From Lama guanicoe (lineage: Eukaryota): a stretch of 64,000 bases of DNA. The stretch covers positions 3,557,922 to 3,621,921 of the forward strand of contig MU053482.1 in assembly GCA_013239625.1 (NCBI GenBank). The letters are read 5' to 3'. Of the stretch, positions 39,040-51,788 are shown piece after piece; position 1 is the first letter of the stretch; every line of letters begins with the position of its first letter. The position numbers were made by a program, and so were the translations under genes. Under the pieces are notes generated by a model. The model was not told the DNA's origin. It saw only the letters and a list, made by a program, of their open reading frames with translations, and searched no databases.

Positions 39040-39375
39040 TTTTTTTTTTACTCAAACTACTTTATTAAGGAATGTTTGATATATGAAAAGCTATACACAT
39101 TTCATGTATACAATTTGATGAGTTTACAGATATGCATACACTGGGAAATCCTTACCACACTCCATGCTGTAAAGCTACCCATCACTTCTAAAAGTTTCCT
39201 CCTGCCTTATTTATTTTATTATTATTATTATTATTGCTGTGATGATGATGATGATAAGAACACTTATAAGATCTATGTTCTTAGCAAATTTGGGGGCAAA
39301 CAATACAGCATTGTTAACTCTGGGTGCCATGTTGTACCATAAATCTCTAGGACTTATTCGTGGATGTGTAACTTC
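39040..39375 (-). mobile_element. L1MA-like 3' end with internal (TAT)n/(GAT)n microsatellite
   Basis: T-tail then ATGTATACAATTTGATGAG...CTTAGCAAATTT...TCTCTAGGACTTATTC; microsatellite about 39208-39256. Confidence 0.7.
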
Positions 39376-41448
39376 ATGACATCTTGATGCAGCTTCTGTC
39401 CATATGGCCTCATGGGTGACTGTTACCATGGAAATGCCAATCAAAACACTGACTATGCTTACAGCATATGTGAGGTTCCTTCTCTGGGTGGAGTTTACTT
39501 CAACAGTGAAAGTCTCAGCTCAGAAATTACTCTTTCCAAGTTTGTCATATGTAGAGAATTTCTTTCTTGTATGACTCCTCTAATGAACAAGAAGACATGC
39601 ACTTTGGCGAAAATACCATTTGCACATTTGTTATATCTTACGGTTTCTGCCATCCCTTGGGGTGGGGCTTTTACAAATTCCCGGCATGCACTGGTGCAGG
39701 AGGGGCCAAACATTAATGTCTGCCTGTTGTGTTCCGAAAAATAAAGTTGCAGTGGTGGTGATAGGGTTACACTATATACCCATTTCCAAGAGTTTCACAT
39801 ATTCCAGCTGCTAAGTAAGTAGAACATAGTTCATTTATTCATTTAACTTTGACGACACACGACCTATTTCTCAAAGCAATCTGATGTCACCCACAATAAA
39901 CTATGATTTAAAAAATGCAAAACTAGAAAAGTGGGGGAATGATTTGATAAATATAAACACCCCTAGCATATAAAAAGAAATACATGCTCCTTCTAACCAT
40001 CCATGGTTTGACTCTGAAGTTAAAACTATTGAATCTGAAAGCTCATGAAGCCATGACCCATGTGGGCCAGCCTCTGAGAAAGCTTGCTTTAAAGAATTGG
40101 TCAGCAGCAATGTAAAGAGAATTCCACTCTTCACTCTCACCTCAGAGGACAGGAAAGGGGAACAAATCTTGTCTCCCACCCTCTCCACTCCTCTCCCCTT
40201 TGACTCTTACTTGCTTACCCTCCCAAATCTCCCCTCCCCTCCCCACCCCCTTCTCTTTCTCTCTCTCCCTCCCTCCTCAGCTTACTCCTCAAGCTCCATC
40301 CAATTCTTTATCGTCTATTACTGCAAACTGTCTTACACTTCCTTTTTAGGATTGACTCACAAAAGTTTTTAAAAGTCTTAAGCGTCTAGGAGAGGTGCGG
40401 GTCTGTAAACACTCCACATTATTACAGTTTATTCTGTCCTTTCCTCCAGCAGACATGTACTGAATGCCTATTGTGTGCTATGGCCTATGCTAGGGCCTGG
40501 GCAGACAAAGGCGAACTAGGCAGGCCTCTGAAATGTTTCCCAGTTAACACAGTGGGATGGGGAGTGCGGTGGGAGGACCCTGCTCCCCGCCCCCACCTCC
40601 ATCCCAGGTAGGCCCCGGGCCTGGTGTCAACACTGAGGGATGATCTGCAAGGCATTGGAGGAGCTGCTTCCTGGTGGAGTTCTCCCTGCCTCCTGGCGAA
40701 AGGCCACTTGCAGCAAAGCTCTCAGGAGGTGACTGTCCCGCATGGGGCTGCAGGCAACCTCACTCAGAGGATGGTCGGGGCAGAGGTGCCCACACAGAAA
40801 GGCAGAAACAAGCCATGGGTGGCAAGTGCCTAGCATGTAACTACGGACACATATAATTTGAAACCGCTTAAAAACCAGGAGGCATGAAGCCATCAGGGAT
40901 AAGTCCTCTAATCCTCTGATGGAATGTCCTAGAATGTCCTCACTCTCTCCTTCCAATGTGTGCAAAATAAACAGTAATAAAATCAAAGTGTTCTTTCCCT
41001 TATCAGCTCACAGAAAGCTCTCGGCCATTTCTATTTTCTACGAAACTTTTTGTGGGGAACATTCAGTCTTGTGCTGGCTGTGTTTCACTTTAGTGACCAC
41101 TGGGGAGACCATAATCAGGAGACAGTGGGAAGATTCCAGGGGTCCGCTGGGGTGAATTCTGCCAGGTTTTAATTCAGTGTAAATATTCATCCCTGCTCCC
41201 ACTCTGAGCTGCCGAAATAGAAGGCAGGGCCGCAAGAAAGCTCATGGGGCAGCACCCAGGAAAGTTAATGGCGTTAGGATTTAAAAGGCCTCAGGCTCTG
41301 GGGCCACACTAATTTACAATACAGCTTTTCACTTCCTAGCTGTGTGACCTTAGGCAAGTTACCTCACCTCTCTATGCCTCAGGTACCTCATCTATAAAAT
41401 AACTATTTCTCAGGGTAGTTACAAGAATTAAATGGGTTTATATAGAAA

Positions 41449-41586
41449 TAGGATTGCCGGATAAAATACAGGATGCCCAGTTATATTGGAGCTTCAGATA
41501 AACAACAAATAACTTTTTAGTGTAAGTATGTCCCAAGTATTGCATGCACATATCTGTATTTTCATTTGCTAAATCTGGTGACTCCA
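41449..41586. mobile_element. MER53-like hAT element, internally deleted, nested in a MIR
   Basis: TAGGATTGCCGGATAAAATACAGGATGCCCAGTT...TTTGCTAAATCTGG; degenerate 8-bp TSD TATAGAAA/GATGGAAA. Confidence 0.75.
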
Positions 41587-44500
41587 GATGGAAAGCTCAT
41601 AGAAGGGCATCTGGCAGCTAGTAAAGGCTCAGTGAGTCAGATGTTACATTGCTATTGGTACTTTTGGGGCTAAATGAGTGACTCTGGAATTTGGTTTTGA
41701 GGAGACTGTTGTTCTTAGTTCTGAGTCTGAACCATCTGTTGGAGTTAAATTAGAAGGTCCTCACCTTTCTGGTCACAGAGCCATAGAGCATCTTCCCTGG
41801 GCATCTGGCCACACAAGCTCAAGTAATCAGAGTCCCACGGAAGCCCACCTCCAAGTCCCCCTTCAACTGGCTCCACGTCCTCCTTCACCTGGCTCCACGT
41901 CCTGTCTCACCATCTGCATCTCAGGCCAAGTAGAGATGCCTTTTAAAGACAGGAGAAGCAAGGAGACAAACCTGGATAGAGGGAAGTGACATTTACTCTG
42001 AGCTACCGCATGCAGGGCCCTGTGCCAGACGCTTCCTGTGTGTTTTCTCGTAATCCTCCCAGCAACTCTGTGAATGAAGCTCAGGATGTGCATGTACAGC
42101 CGGGGGTGATAATACCTCCTGGCCTTACAGAATCGCGTGGAGGAGATGAGAAGGTGAACGCAAAAGCCCTGAGCGTGGAATTGGGGGCTGATAGATTTCT
42201 TTTTCTCCCCTCTTTTCCCATTTCAATCCCCGCTTTACCAAAAAACAAAAAGGATTTGTCCAGGGCTGTGCAGCCGGTAAATAGGGAAATAGGGGAAGAG
42301 ACCAACACAGGGCCTGTTGGCCTTCCCACTCTTCCCACTACACATGCTGCCCTTACCAGTTGTCTCCAGGTCTCGAGTCTCACCTCCCCTGGTTCCTGGT
42401 GTCCAACAGGCCTCTGACACTCCTCTCTTATTCTTCCAAGCTGCACCCTCCCCCAAGAGCCTCTTCCTCTAGGAAGCCCTCCAGGCTGAACACACAGCTG
42501 GAGGAAAGATAGCAGGGGTACCCCTCTCACCCTGCCAGAGGCCCAGTCTCCTCAGGGATCTGTTCCCCTTCTCTGGAGCCAGCCCTGGGCACTGACAGGG
42601 CTGGGCCATCTCCTGGCAAGCTCATTCTATATAATAAGCCAGCAGGTCACATTTTGTTCTCCTTAAATAAACCTTATAGAAACAGTTAAATGTTTATTTT
42701 GCTCATAAATTCCCAGGAATGCACAACTGTTTCCTAACTGCCTGGGTGCAGGGATAAATATAGGCCAGTGTCACAGCCGGGAATATTAGCATCCCTTCCC
42801 CAATGTCACGTGACTAGGCCTGGCGTGGAAGCTCTGAGCAACAGACCAGCCCAGCCGGCCCAGGAGGGAGTGGGGCGTTTAGCTCCTGCACTTGGGCCCT
42901 GGCAGATGGGCTGGGAGAGAAGGATCCTGCAGGAAGGCAGTGTGGGTGGTGACGTTGGGAGGTCCAGACTGGCATCTCACCTGGGTGACCTTGGGCAAGT
43001 TACTTAATGTCTCTGAGTTTCATGTTCTCAAACATTATGTGGAGCTAATAATCCCTATTTTCCAGGCTTGTTTTAAGGGTTGGATGAAATAAAGCACTAA
43101 TGATGATGATGATGGTGAGGGTGGTGACGGAGGGTGGGCACTGTGCTGTGGTGACTGTGTCCTCAGGTCCTGCTCTCACAGAGGGACTGCCTCTGCAGAG
43201 AGGGGCCCCAGCAGCAAAGAGGGCTTAGCACTCTTGTGACAGGATAAAAGGACTCTGGGGACTTGCAAGAAAATGATTGTTCCAGCAGTGGGTCGTCAGA
43301 GCATGGGAGAGAGCAGAAGAGCCTCTGCTGAGCTCTACTGGGCCTCGGGCTCCTCCCTGCCAAGCACTGAGGACCAGTTCCCGGCTCCCCGAAGGCTCCC
43401 CAGTGCCCACTGTGTGGATCTCCCCACGCACCCATGGCCCGCCCTGCCTCTGGTGGACCCTCTTTCCTGCCATTTTCCACCCTATTCTTAGTGGTCAGGG
43501 ATCAGCCACCCCCAGATGATCCTGCCTTCTTCATCACTGTTCTCAATCTCATGCCAACAGACTGCAGCAATGTGAACGTGCACACAATGTCTATTAGTCT
43601 CCCTCTGTGGAGAGGTATCAGCCAGCCAGCCAGCCAGCCACTAATCATCATCATCATCTTCTATCCTCTCCTCCTCCCTCCTGCCCTAACACTGTTCCTC
43701 CCTCCATCTCTCTTCCCTCAAGTCCAAGCATTTAATCATCCATACAGCCAAATTATCCACCCAACCTGTCACACAACCATCCATCTGTCTACCCATGTAC
43801 CCACTCAGCGGCCATCCATCCACCCATCCATCCTTCCATGAGCTCCTACCACATGCTAGAGCCTATGCTGAGGGTTGGAGATCCATGAAAAGCACTGCCC
43901 CTGACCCTAAGAAGCTGATACGCAATCTGACAGGTAAATCAGAGAAACAAAAAATGACAGTCTACTCCATTACTCACAATAGGGACTAAGGATAAGTAAT
44001 TGTAATATATATTCTTGACCATCTGTAATGACCAACATTTCTAAAGCACTTTCTGCTTTGTCCATAGCTACAATCTCAGTGCTTACTCTCTGACCAGAAC
44101 CACTAGAAGCCATCCTGGTGGAACTGTCTTCTTGACCTTTTTCAAGCTTCTTTTCCACAGAGGATGAAGCATCAAGTACCTGCCTCCCAACCCTGGGGCT
44201 TCTGGTGTCCAGGACACTGGCCTTACTCCTAGGTGGGGTCAGGAAAGGAGGCAAAGGTAGCAGGAAAACCTCAGCAGAAATGGGTTTGAATCTCCCCTCA
44301 ACCATGACACAACCACATGACCTTTGACAATTACATAACCTCCCAGAGACTCAGTGTCTTCTTCTATAAAATAGAGATAATAATAATATCTACCTTGAGG
44401 GGTTGAGACCACATAGCAGGTACCCAATAGATGTCTCCAATCTCTTGTACAACAGATCCTAATGCTTTACTAAAAATGTATTTAAATATCTCAGTGGAGG

Positions 44501-46829
44501 CTGTTCTTGCAAAGGGTGGGATAAGATAAGTGGAAGTGAGCTCAGAGAGGGTGAATCCAAAATCCTCAAGTGGCGCATTCAAGGTACTGCCCTTGTTCTA
44601 GTAATTAGAGTGTAATTCCTTGCCCCAGTTTTCTCATCTGTAAAATGGGATAGTGATCATACTTACCTTCTACAGTTCTTGTGAAGTTACTACGTGTAAG
44701 GTGCTCAGAGCAGTGCCTGTCACATAGGAACATGGTAGGAGGGTTCTCATTAAGTTAGCTGGGAGGGTTGGGGGGGTCTCCCCTCTCTGCAAAGTCCTTA
44801 CCAGATTCTAAACCTTTTACATGCGTTATCTATTTTGTCTTCATGTCATTCCTGAGAGAGGATCAATTCTTTGAGTCCTAAACCCTTTTCCCCCAATGGA
44901 GAGCATGTATTTCTCCAGAATCTCCACGGAGGTGTAGACAGAACCCCAGTCCATTGGCCAGTGAAGACAAGGCCTGAGCAGCCAAGGGGAAGTAAGATGA
45001 AGAGTAAAGTTGGCAACCCCCCTTACACAGTAAAGCGTGTTGTTAAGCTCTAGATATTCCTGGGTACAGCACAGAACAAGGATCCTCCAGTTCCTGATCA
45101 GAGAAGGTCACGAGAGCAAATGAGATCAGAGAGCATCATCATTCAACTGTAAATCCACCGGGAAGTACCCCCTGAAAGCGGGGCCTTGGTTGGTTAGGGC
45201 TCAATAAACACTTGTTGAATAAATTCAATAAACATTCATTGAGTAAATTCAACTCAATTCCGTATTTACTGAATACCTACCACATGTAAATGAACAGTTA
45301 TCCCTTTCCTGTGCGCTCAAACTCCACTACAGTAAAATGGGGCACTTTCTGGACTAGAAAGAAGAAACAATCATTCTAGGCCCGTTTCCTCGGCTTATGG
45401 TCATGAGGCGGTGGAATCCAGGCCTTGTTACTTCCTTGTTATGTGACTTTGGACAGCTGGCTTAACCCCTCCGTGCCTCGGTTTCCTGATCTGTAAAATG
45501 GGTACAGTCACTGCTGACTCACAGGGCGTTAGGAAGGGTATCTGAGATAACAAGTGTCAACAGTCTAGCCCAGGACATGGTAGGAGCCCTAAGTGCTAGT
45601 TTCTTTCCTTGCATCTGGATGTCATACTTAACTGCTCTGCAATTCCAGTTGCCTGGGGAGGATGATCTCTGTCCTCACAGTGGTGTTACAGGACCCATTG
45701 CAATGATATCTGTGAAAGCTGTTTGTAAACTGTTCTGTGCTGTATGAGGGACTGAGCGTTTGAATCTAGGCTCCTATCACCTAACCACTTAGCTGTGTTA
45801 CCTACTGCATGTTACTTTCTAACCTGTGCTTAAAATCATCTATAAATGGGAACAGCAATAGTACCTACCTCACAGGGGCAGTGTGAAAATTAAATGAGAT
45901 CATGTAGGCAATAAACCTAGCACAGTGCCTGCAACACAGCAAGGGTGCCTTAAAAGTTAGCTGTGGTTAGTGGTGATTTACTGTAACACTTGGCTTATAG
46001 AGAAGACTGAGGCACAATGAATAACTTACCCAAGGTTTCACTCGGGGATGTGAAGCCCAGGCCCTTTCCACTCCCCCACACAGCTTAAATCTCACATTCC
46101 TATGAATCAGAAGCGTTTACTGTCCCTTCCAGAAATCCCTGGCTGCTTGGGGAACCCTGCTTGGAACTCTTCTAAAAGGACAGCCAAGAAGGATGACGGT
46201 GGGGAGCCTGGATGGGTCTCTTACTACGCTGACACAACAGGGAGAGTTTCAGGTCTGCTATGGTAGTAGCTACCACGCTATCCAACTCAGGGCCAAAATG
46301 GGGGGAGGCCAGAGCTTCTCGGGGCTCCACACACATGTCCCTTCCCGCTGGGGCCACATGCAGAGGGCTGCTTCTCCAGAGCACACTCCAACCTCATTTT
46401 CAGTTAGCTATCAACTGGGGATAGGAGTCAGGGTGGGAGCAGGGATGCCGTGATCCCGTCAGCCAGATGCTGCTGTAATATGAGAGTTAAGCACCAGTTT
46501 CCGTCAGAGGATCAGAAAGTGTGGAACCAAGCAGGCGCTCAGGGAGGCCTGGGGTCAGAGTGAGGGTTGTGTGTGGTGTGAAGCTGGGTTTCTAGGAGTC
46601 ACTGTGCATCCAAGGATAGACGGAGCTTCCAGCAAAGCCTTGGGGCTCATGCACCGTAAGGGACAGCAGACAGAAGGCATTTGGTGAGACCCAATGCCCC
46701 ATTCTGTGGTGCTTTGGGGTTTACGTGGAGATTGGCCCTCTATGGGAGCAGGAGACAGTGTTCTCTTGGTCCAGGCACCTCTCACAGAGGGCCCTGGAGC
46801 CAAAGCTTACAGTGCTCAGGGCAGGGCAG

Positions 46830-47015
46830 AGACAAGAGTGTGGGCTCTGGGGTCCAGCTGCCTGGGTTCAAATCCTGGGCCTGTCACTTACAAGCTGTGT
46901 GACCCTAGAGGAAGGTACTTAATTTCTCCGTGCCTCAGTTTCTTCAGCGACGAAATGAGGATGATGATAGCTACCTTATAAGGTTGCTTGGAAGTTAAAT
47001 GGGTTAATACAGTAG
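46830..47015 (+). mobile_element. MIR SINE (representative; other MIR-like relics near 1090-1370, 3450-3650, 5930-6110, 11650-11850, 41330-41640, 45420-45960, 52090-52290, 56930-57110, 58070-58260)
   Basis: CCTGGGTTCAAATCCTGG...GCTGTGTGACC...TGCCTCAGTTTCTTCA...AAATGAGGATGATGATAG core. Confidence 0.75.
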
Positions 47016-47085
47016 ACTAGTTAAGCTGGCGGCTGAGGTTAGTTGTCATTAGTTGCTTTGTGGATAATGGAGATTGGGTGAGGGG

Positions 47086-47381
47086 NNNNNNNNNNNNNNN
47101 NNNNNNNNNNNNNNNNNNNNNNNNNNNNNNNNNNNNNNNNNNNNNNNNNNNNNNNNNNNNNNNNNNNNNNNNNNNNNNNNNNNNNNNNNNNNNNNNNNNN
47201 NNNNNNNNNNNNNNNNNNNNNNNNNNNNNNNNNNNNNNNNNNNNNNNNNNNNNNNNNNNNNNNNNNNNNNNNNNNNNNNNNNNNNNNNNNNNNNNNNNNN
47301 NNNNNNNNNNNNNNNNNNNNNNNNNNNNNNNNNNNNNNNNNNNNNNNNNNNNNNNNNNNNNNNNNNNNNNNNNNNNNNNNN
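47086..47381. other. Assembly gap (296 N)
   Basis: Run of N. Confidence 1.
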
Positions 47382-50208
47382 TGAGGGGTGGCAAGGGGTG
47401 GTGGTAGAAGGGATGCCAGAGCAGATGGTGTGAAAGATGTGAGATCCGCTCATGAACTCAGACTGACCTGCCCTGAGGACTTTCAGAAACCCTTGGAGGA
47501 GGGTGGGGTTGTCAAGGTGAAAGTGGGAACCAGTGCCATTTGGGCTCTTACAGCTAATATTAACTTCTTGACAGGCTTGTAAGGCCCCCTGGAGAGGCCA
47601 CACTGTTCCAGTGAGCAAGGTCTCTAAGATGGCTGCTGCTGACAGGCTTGGAAAGAGTTGATGTCCTGGTCACACTGCCCTGGGGCCTGGGGCCAGGTGT
47701 GGTGCTCTCGGTGGGGCAGAGACAGGCCAGGATGTGTCCAGAGGTTGGGGGGTTGGAGGAGGCTCTGAAAACTGTCATGGGAGCAAAGCCTGAAGGAACT
47801 GGAGGGGAAGAGGCTCTGGGAAGACGCAGAAACCGCCCTCCTGCCTCTGGGGAGTCTTCCCACGGCAGGCCGCTGTGAGGGCAGAAGTGATGGGGAGTTG
47901 GGGGCAGGCAGGCCCCAGCCTGACCAGAAGGCAGGGGTGCCGTTCACAGCACAGATTTCCTTGTGTGGCGGGGAGCTCTGGGTACGAGTCGCTCCTCCAG
48001 GTTCCCAAGACCCACCCCAGGCGACTCCGGGTCAGTGGGTCTGGGTTTGCAGGGGAATCTCGGGTTAACAAGTTCCCCGGGGACGGGGGAGCGGGGGTGG
48101 GGTGGGGGACACCAGGCAGAATTTTGCCTGCCTGGGAAGAGAGGCTTAGTTGTGATCTGGGATCCCTTCTAGCTCTGACGGTCTGTCATTCTGTGGTCCC
48201 TTAAGACTCCAGGCTTTTGTCCTGACAGCTTGTATTCCTGCCAGAACCTCTTGGCTACAAGCGCCTGCCTTTGAGCCCCTCCCTGTTCAAGGGCCAAGCC
48301 AGGAAACACCGCTCAGGACACAGCCTCCTCACAGAGCGCATTGTCAGGAGCCTTGCTTTCTTCCTGGATCCTGATTACAGCTTCTGATTAAGGTCCTACA
48401 GAGTGTGTGTGCGTAAGAGGTTGTATGAGGGTCTGTGTATATATGCGCAGAAAGAAAACCAGGATCTATGCCGACAGATTTGTGTTTTGGTGTAAGAAAG
48501 CCTCAGCTAGTGCTCGTGCCAGTGATGGGAAATGGGGGCTGGGGCCTAAGGAACCAGAAGTAGGGCTGGACCCCAGGGAGCTGCAAACTCAGAAGGATGC
48601 TCTGTTCTTTGCCTGCTTCACAGAGTGGGAATTCACATGGTACCAGGAGTCCTAGCCCAGTCCTCCTGACAAACCCCGCTTCTCTGGCTTCCGTTGCTCC
48701 CAGGGACTCAGGCCCTGGCCCCGGAGGCTGTAGCCCAGCTCACAAGGCCTGACTCCTCCCGTGAGCCTGTGGCTGCCAGAGAAGCCCAAGGTGGGTTGTC
48801 TGCCGGGTGCAAGAGGGAGCTGCCCTCTGCTGACGATGCCCGTGGGCTTCTGGAGAACTCAGGGAGGCCCAGGGCCTGCCAGTCAGGGCAGAGTGAAAAG
48901 AATACTGAATCTGATGTGGCCTTCTGCCTGGGGTCTAACCTGTCCCAGCATCCACGGTCCTTCAGGCCAAAGAAGGCCCTCAAGGGCTGGGCTGAGCAGA
49001 GCCCAGAAGGCAGCAAATACACTGGCTTTGGGGAAACATGAGGAACCAGGGGCACAGAAAATTTAACAGACTCATATGAGGTCTCTTGACCAGGATGTGG
49101 AGGGGCTATGTCTTGAACCCAGCTTGGTCTGACTCCAGAGTCCACATTCTTCAATCCTGTGCTAACGGTCCTGCCCTATAGGACCTGAGCATCCGGCTCC
49201 AGCTCACCTGAATTCTTCAGGTCCTTCTCCTGCTGGAATCTGGCGATGCAGAGGCTGTCGGAACCTACAACTAGTCTCTTTATTGTCTTGGCTTCCCATG
49301 AGCATTTGAAGGAGCTTGGGGCCCCCTCTCATATTATCAACGTCTGGTTCTGGTTCAAGGTCACAGGGAGAGTGAGCTTTGTGGGGGCCTGTGATCTGGA
49401 CTTCCTGCCGTTCAGCTAGGGCTCTCTGCCCCCGATGTGTGATGAGCTCATGGAGCCCTCCCCCTGCTTGGCCACCACTAGAAGCTCACCCTCACCTCTG
49501 ACCCAGGGAAGCCACACCTAGGTGGAGTTTCAAGCCATGATGGCCATGATGGCCAGCAGGCTTTTGTGATGTCTGGTTTTGTGTCTCTTAAGGAGAAGGA
49601 CTGAAGGGTCTTTTAATTAGAGAGGTTTGGAACCAAGAGGAACTGAACTCAGTGTAAAAGGATCTCTTCACTGAGGGTATAGTTGCATCTTTGTCAATCT
49701 TTCTAGTTATTTTTCAGGAACATCTGCATTCTTCGGGAGCAAGGCATCACTGCTGTTTGGGGGAGCTGCTCAGGATCTGGGAGATTTTGCATCGGAATCT
49801 GGCTTAAGGGTACGATCATTGTGAGTGAATTGGAAAGGGTCAGGGATGGCATGGGAATAAGTGGTCCAGGGCTGGGGGGTAGGGATGCTAAGGGGACAGA
49901 ACGTGGGAAAGTTGTGGCCTGAGGGTAGGGAGCAGTGACACTTGAATCCAGGTATGAGTGTTTTGCTCGGTGTTGTCCTTCCCTTCTTTAATCTCCAAGC
50001 TTTCAGGAGATTAACAAATCTTTTTGTTGGGTAAATCTTACAGCCCACTGTTGGGAACTCTTTGAGGGAACTGTCCACGTGTGGGGAGGAGCAGCAGCAG
50101 GACAGTGGCACAGCAGAGCGCGCAGTCTGGGGAAGGCTAGGTGTCACCCTCAGAGAAGCAGAGGGACAACTCGGAGCCACTGAAAGCAACCTGTGAACAG
50201 CACCCGCC

Positions 50209-50244
50209 GTGGCCCAGGACGTGGCCCAGGACATGGCCCGGAAT
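50209..50244. repeat. 12-bp tandem repeat GTGGCCCAGGAC x3 (third copy degenerate)
   Basis: Read directly. Confidence 0.85.
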
Positions 50245-50926
50245 GGGGCTCAATAAAACCCTGAGCTGGTGCCTGCGGCCAAAGGCATGAGGGCTTGGCT
50301 CACTGTCATTTAGAACTTCAAGGGCTCTTCAAGGCTGCCAAATTCTGTAACATCTCGATCCCACGAGCTTGGGATGTGGACACACGCGAGGCCATTCTTT
50401 TCTAAGTATTTATTATCTTAGTTCCCACAATTATGATGTGTGAGAAAACAAATGTCATCATAACATGAAACTATTCACTAAATATCTGCCTACTTCTCAC
50501 ATCAATGCTCCCTCATACAACCTTCCCTCACTTAACAAGTGTCTATCCTCCTGGCTCAGGGTAGTTGGGAGACCTGCCAGATGCAACAGGATGATACAAG
50601 TTCAGTGCAAACCAACTGCAACGTTCACGAAGTCTGGAAAAGCATGTCTGAGAACTTTATGTACAAGGTCTTAGAGCAGGGAGGAGCAGATGGAGCCAGG
50701 CCAGGTAACAAAGGAAGACAAAATGATGAGGGTGGTGGCAGGATAGGTCCTTCAAGAGGGAATGATTTGAATATTGAAGGATTGAAAGAGGTCCTTAGGA
50801 AAATGAATGAAGCCCTTAAAATTTAAACAACCAGAATCTCTTAACAAAAGTACTAAAAGTAAGATGTGAGGGTCGTGATAGTGTGTGAACAGATCGTTTT
50901 GTTGGCATAAAAAATGAATATACCAG

Positions 50927-51010
50927 GAGGAGGGGTATAGCTCAGTAGTAGAGGACAGGCTTAGTATACATATGGTCCTAGGTTCAATCCCCAATATCTC
51001 CATTAAAAAA
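50927..51010 (+). mobile_element. tRNA(Ala)-derived SINE, Vic-1-like (camelid)
   Basis: GGGGTATAGCTCAGTAGTAGAG A-box, GGTTCAATCCCC B-box, A tail; 17-bp TSD AAAAAT(G/A)AATATACCAG at 50910-50926 and 51016-51032. Confidence 0.85.
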
Positions 51011-51590
51011 CAGACAAAAATAAATATACCAGTACCAAGATCGACATGATTAATTCTTCATTCATTTTAAAAATTAGCAGGTAACCACTATTTTGTAATA
51101 TGTGCAGCTAAAAATAACTCTTCTTCACATCTCTTTTGTACCAAACCTCAGTGAGACCCGCTCATTTATTTTCATCATTTCCTTTTTTATAATAAAATCT
51201 CACAGAAACTCCCCTTCACCATTTACTAAGAAATCTCGATCTTCGTTTTAAGCAGATTCACTGTAAGTGTCCTTGTGCTGGCGCCCACAACCCTGACATG
51301 ACAAGGCCCTCCGTGATCATTCTCCTCCAAATCTCTCTCCATTCTAGGAGGGTGGTGTGACTTCCCATGAAGCCTCAGTTAGACACAGACTAGGAGGTTC
51401 CACTCAGGGTATGTGGGGGCCTTGGTCAATTCAAACGAACTTTGGGTATTTATTCCTCAGTGTGGAAGCCACACATCTTCCCCAGGCCCACTGCAGCCTG
51501 CACAGGCTGTCGGCAAACCCTGCGACCTCAGCCCAGGGTGCTTGGCGTGGCCCGGGCTGGGCTGGCTGTAGGCAGGGAGGGGGCACTTAC

Positions 51591-51788
51591 TTGGCCGGCG
51601 GGGCTCTGGGCTGCCTGTGGCTCTCCGGGGGGCTCCTCGTCCTCAGGGATGTGGGGCATGGCAGCCTCCTGGCGGGAGTGGCTGCGTGTGCCCGGAAACT
51701 CCGCTGTGTCAGCCCCACAGATGCTCCAGGAGGCCTGGGCTCCACAGGCTGGGGAGACGCCAAAAGGACAAGTCAAATCCGCTCCCAT
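51591..51788 (-). CDS. IRAG1: IRAG1 N-terminal coding exon ([23 protein letters not shown]...[23 protein letters not shown]); internal acceptor gives a 51591-51748 form
   Basis: ATG at 51788, 66 codons to donor CAA|GTAAGT at 51590. Pyrimidine tract plus CAG acceptor at 51749-51750. Second in-frame ATG (MPHIPED) at 51659. Confidence 0.92.

Noticed and set aside
41861..41903. 22-bp tandem duplication (CTTCA.CTGGCTCCACGTCCT)
   Set aside because: Ordinary slippage duplication with no functional cue
47017..47618. ORFs spanning the N run
   Set aside because: Artefacts of untranslatable N bases
50927..51003. Possible tRNA-Ala gene
   Set aside because: Degenerate anticodon arm, A tail and TSD indicate a SINE insertion
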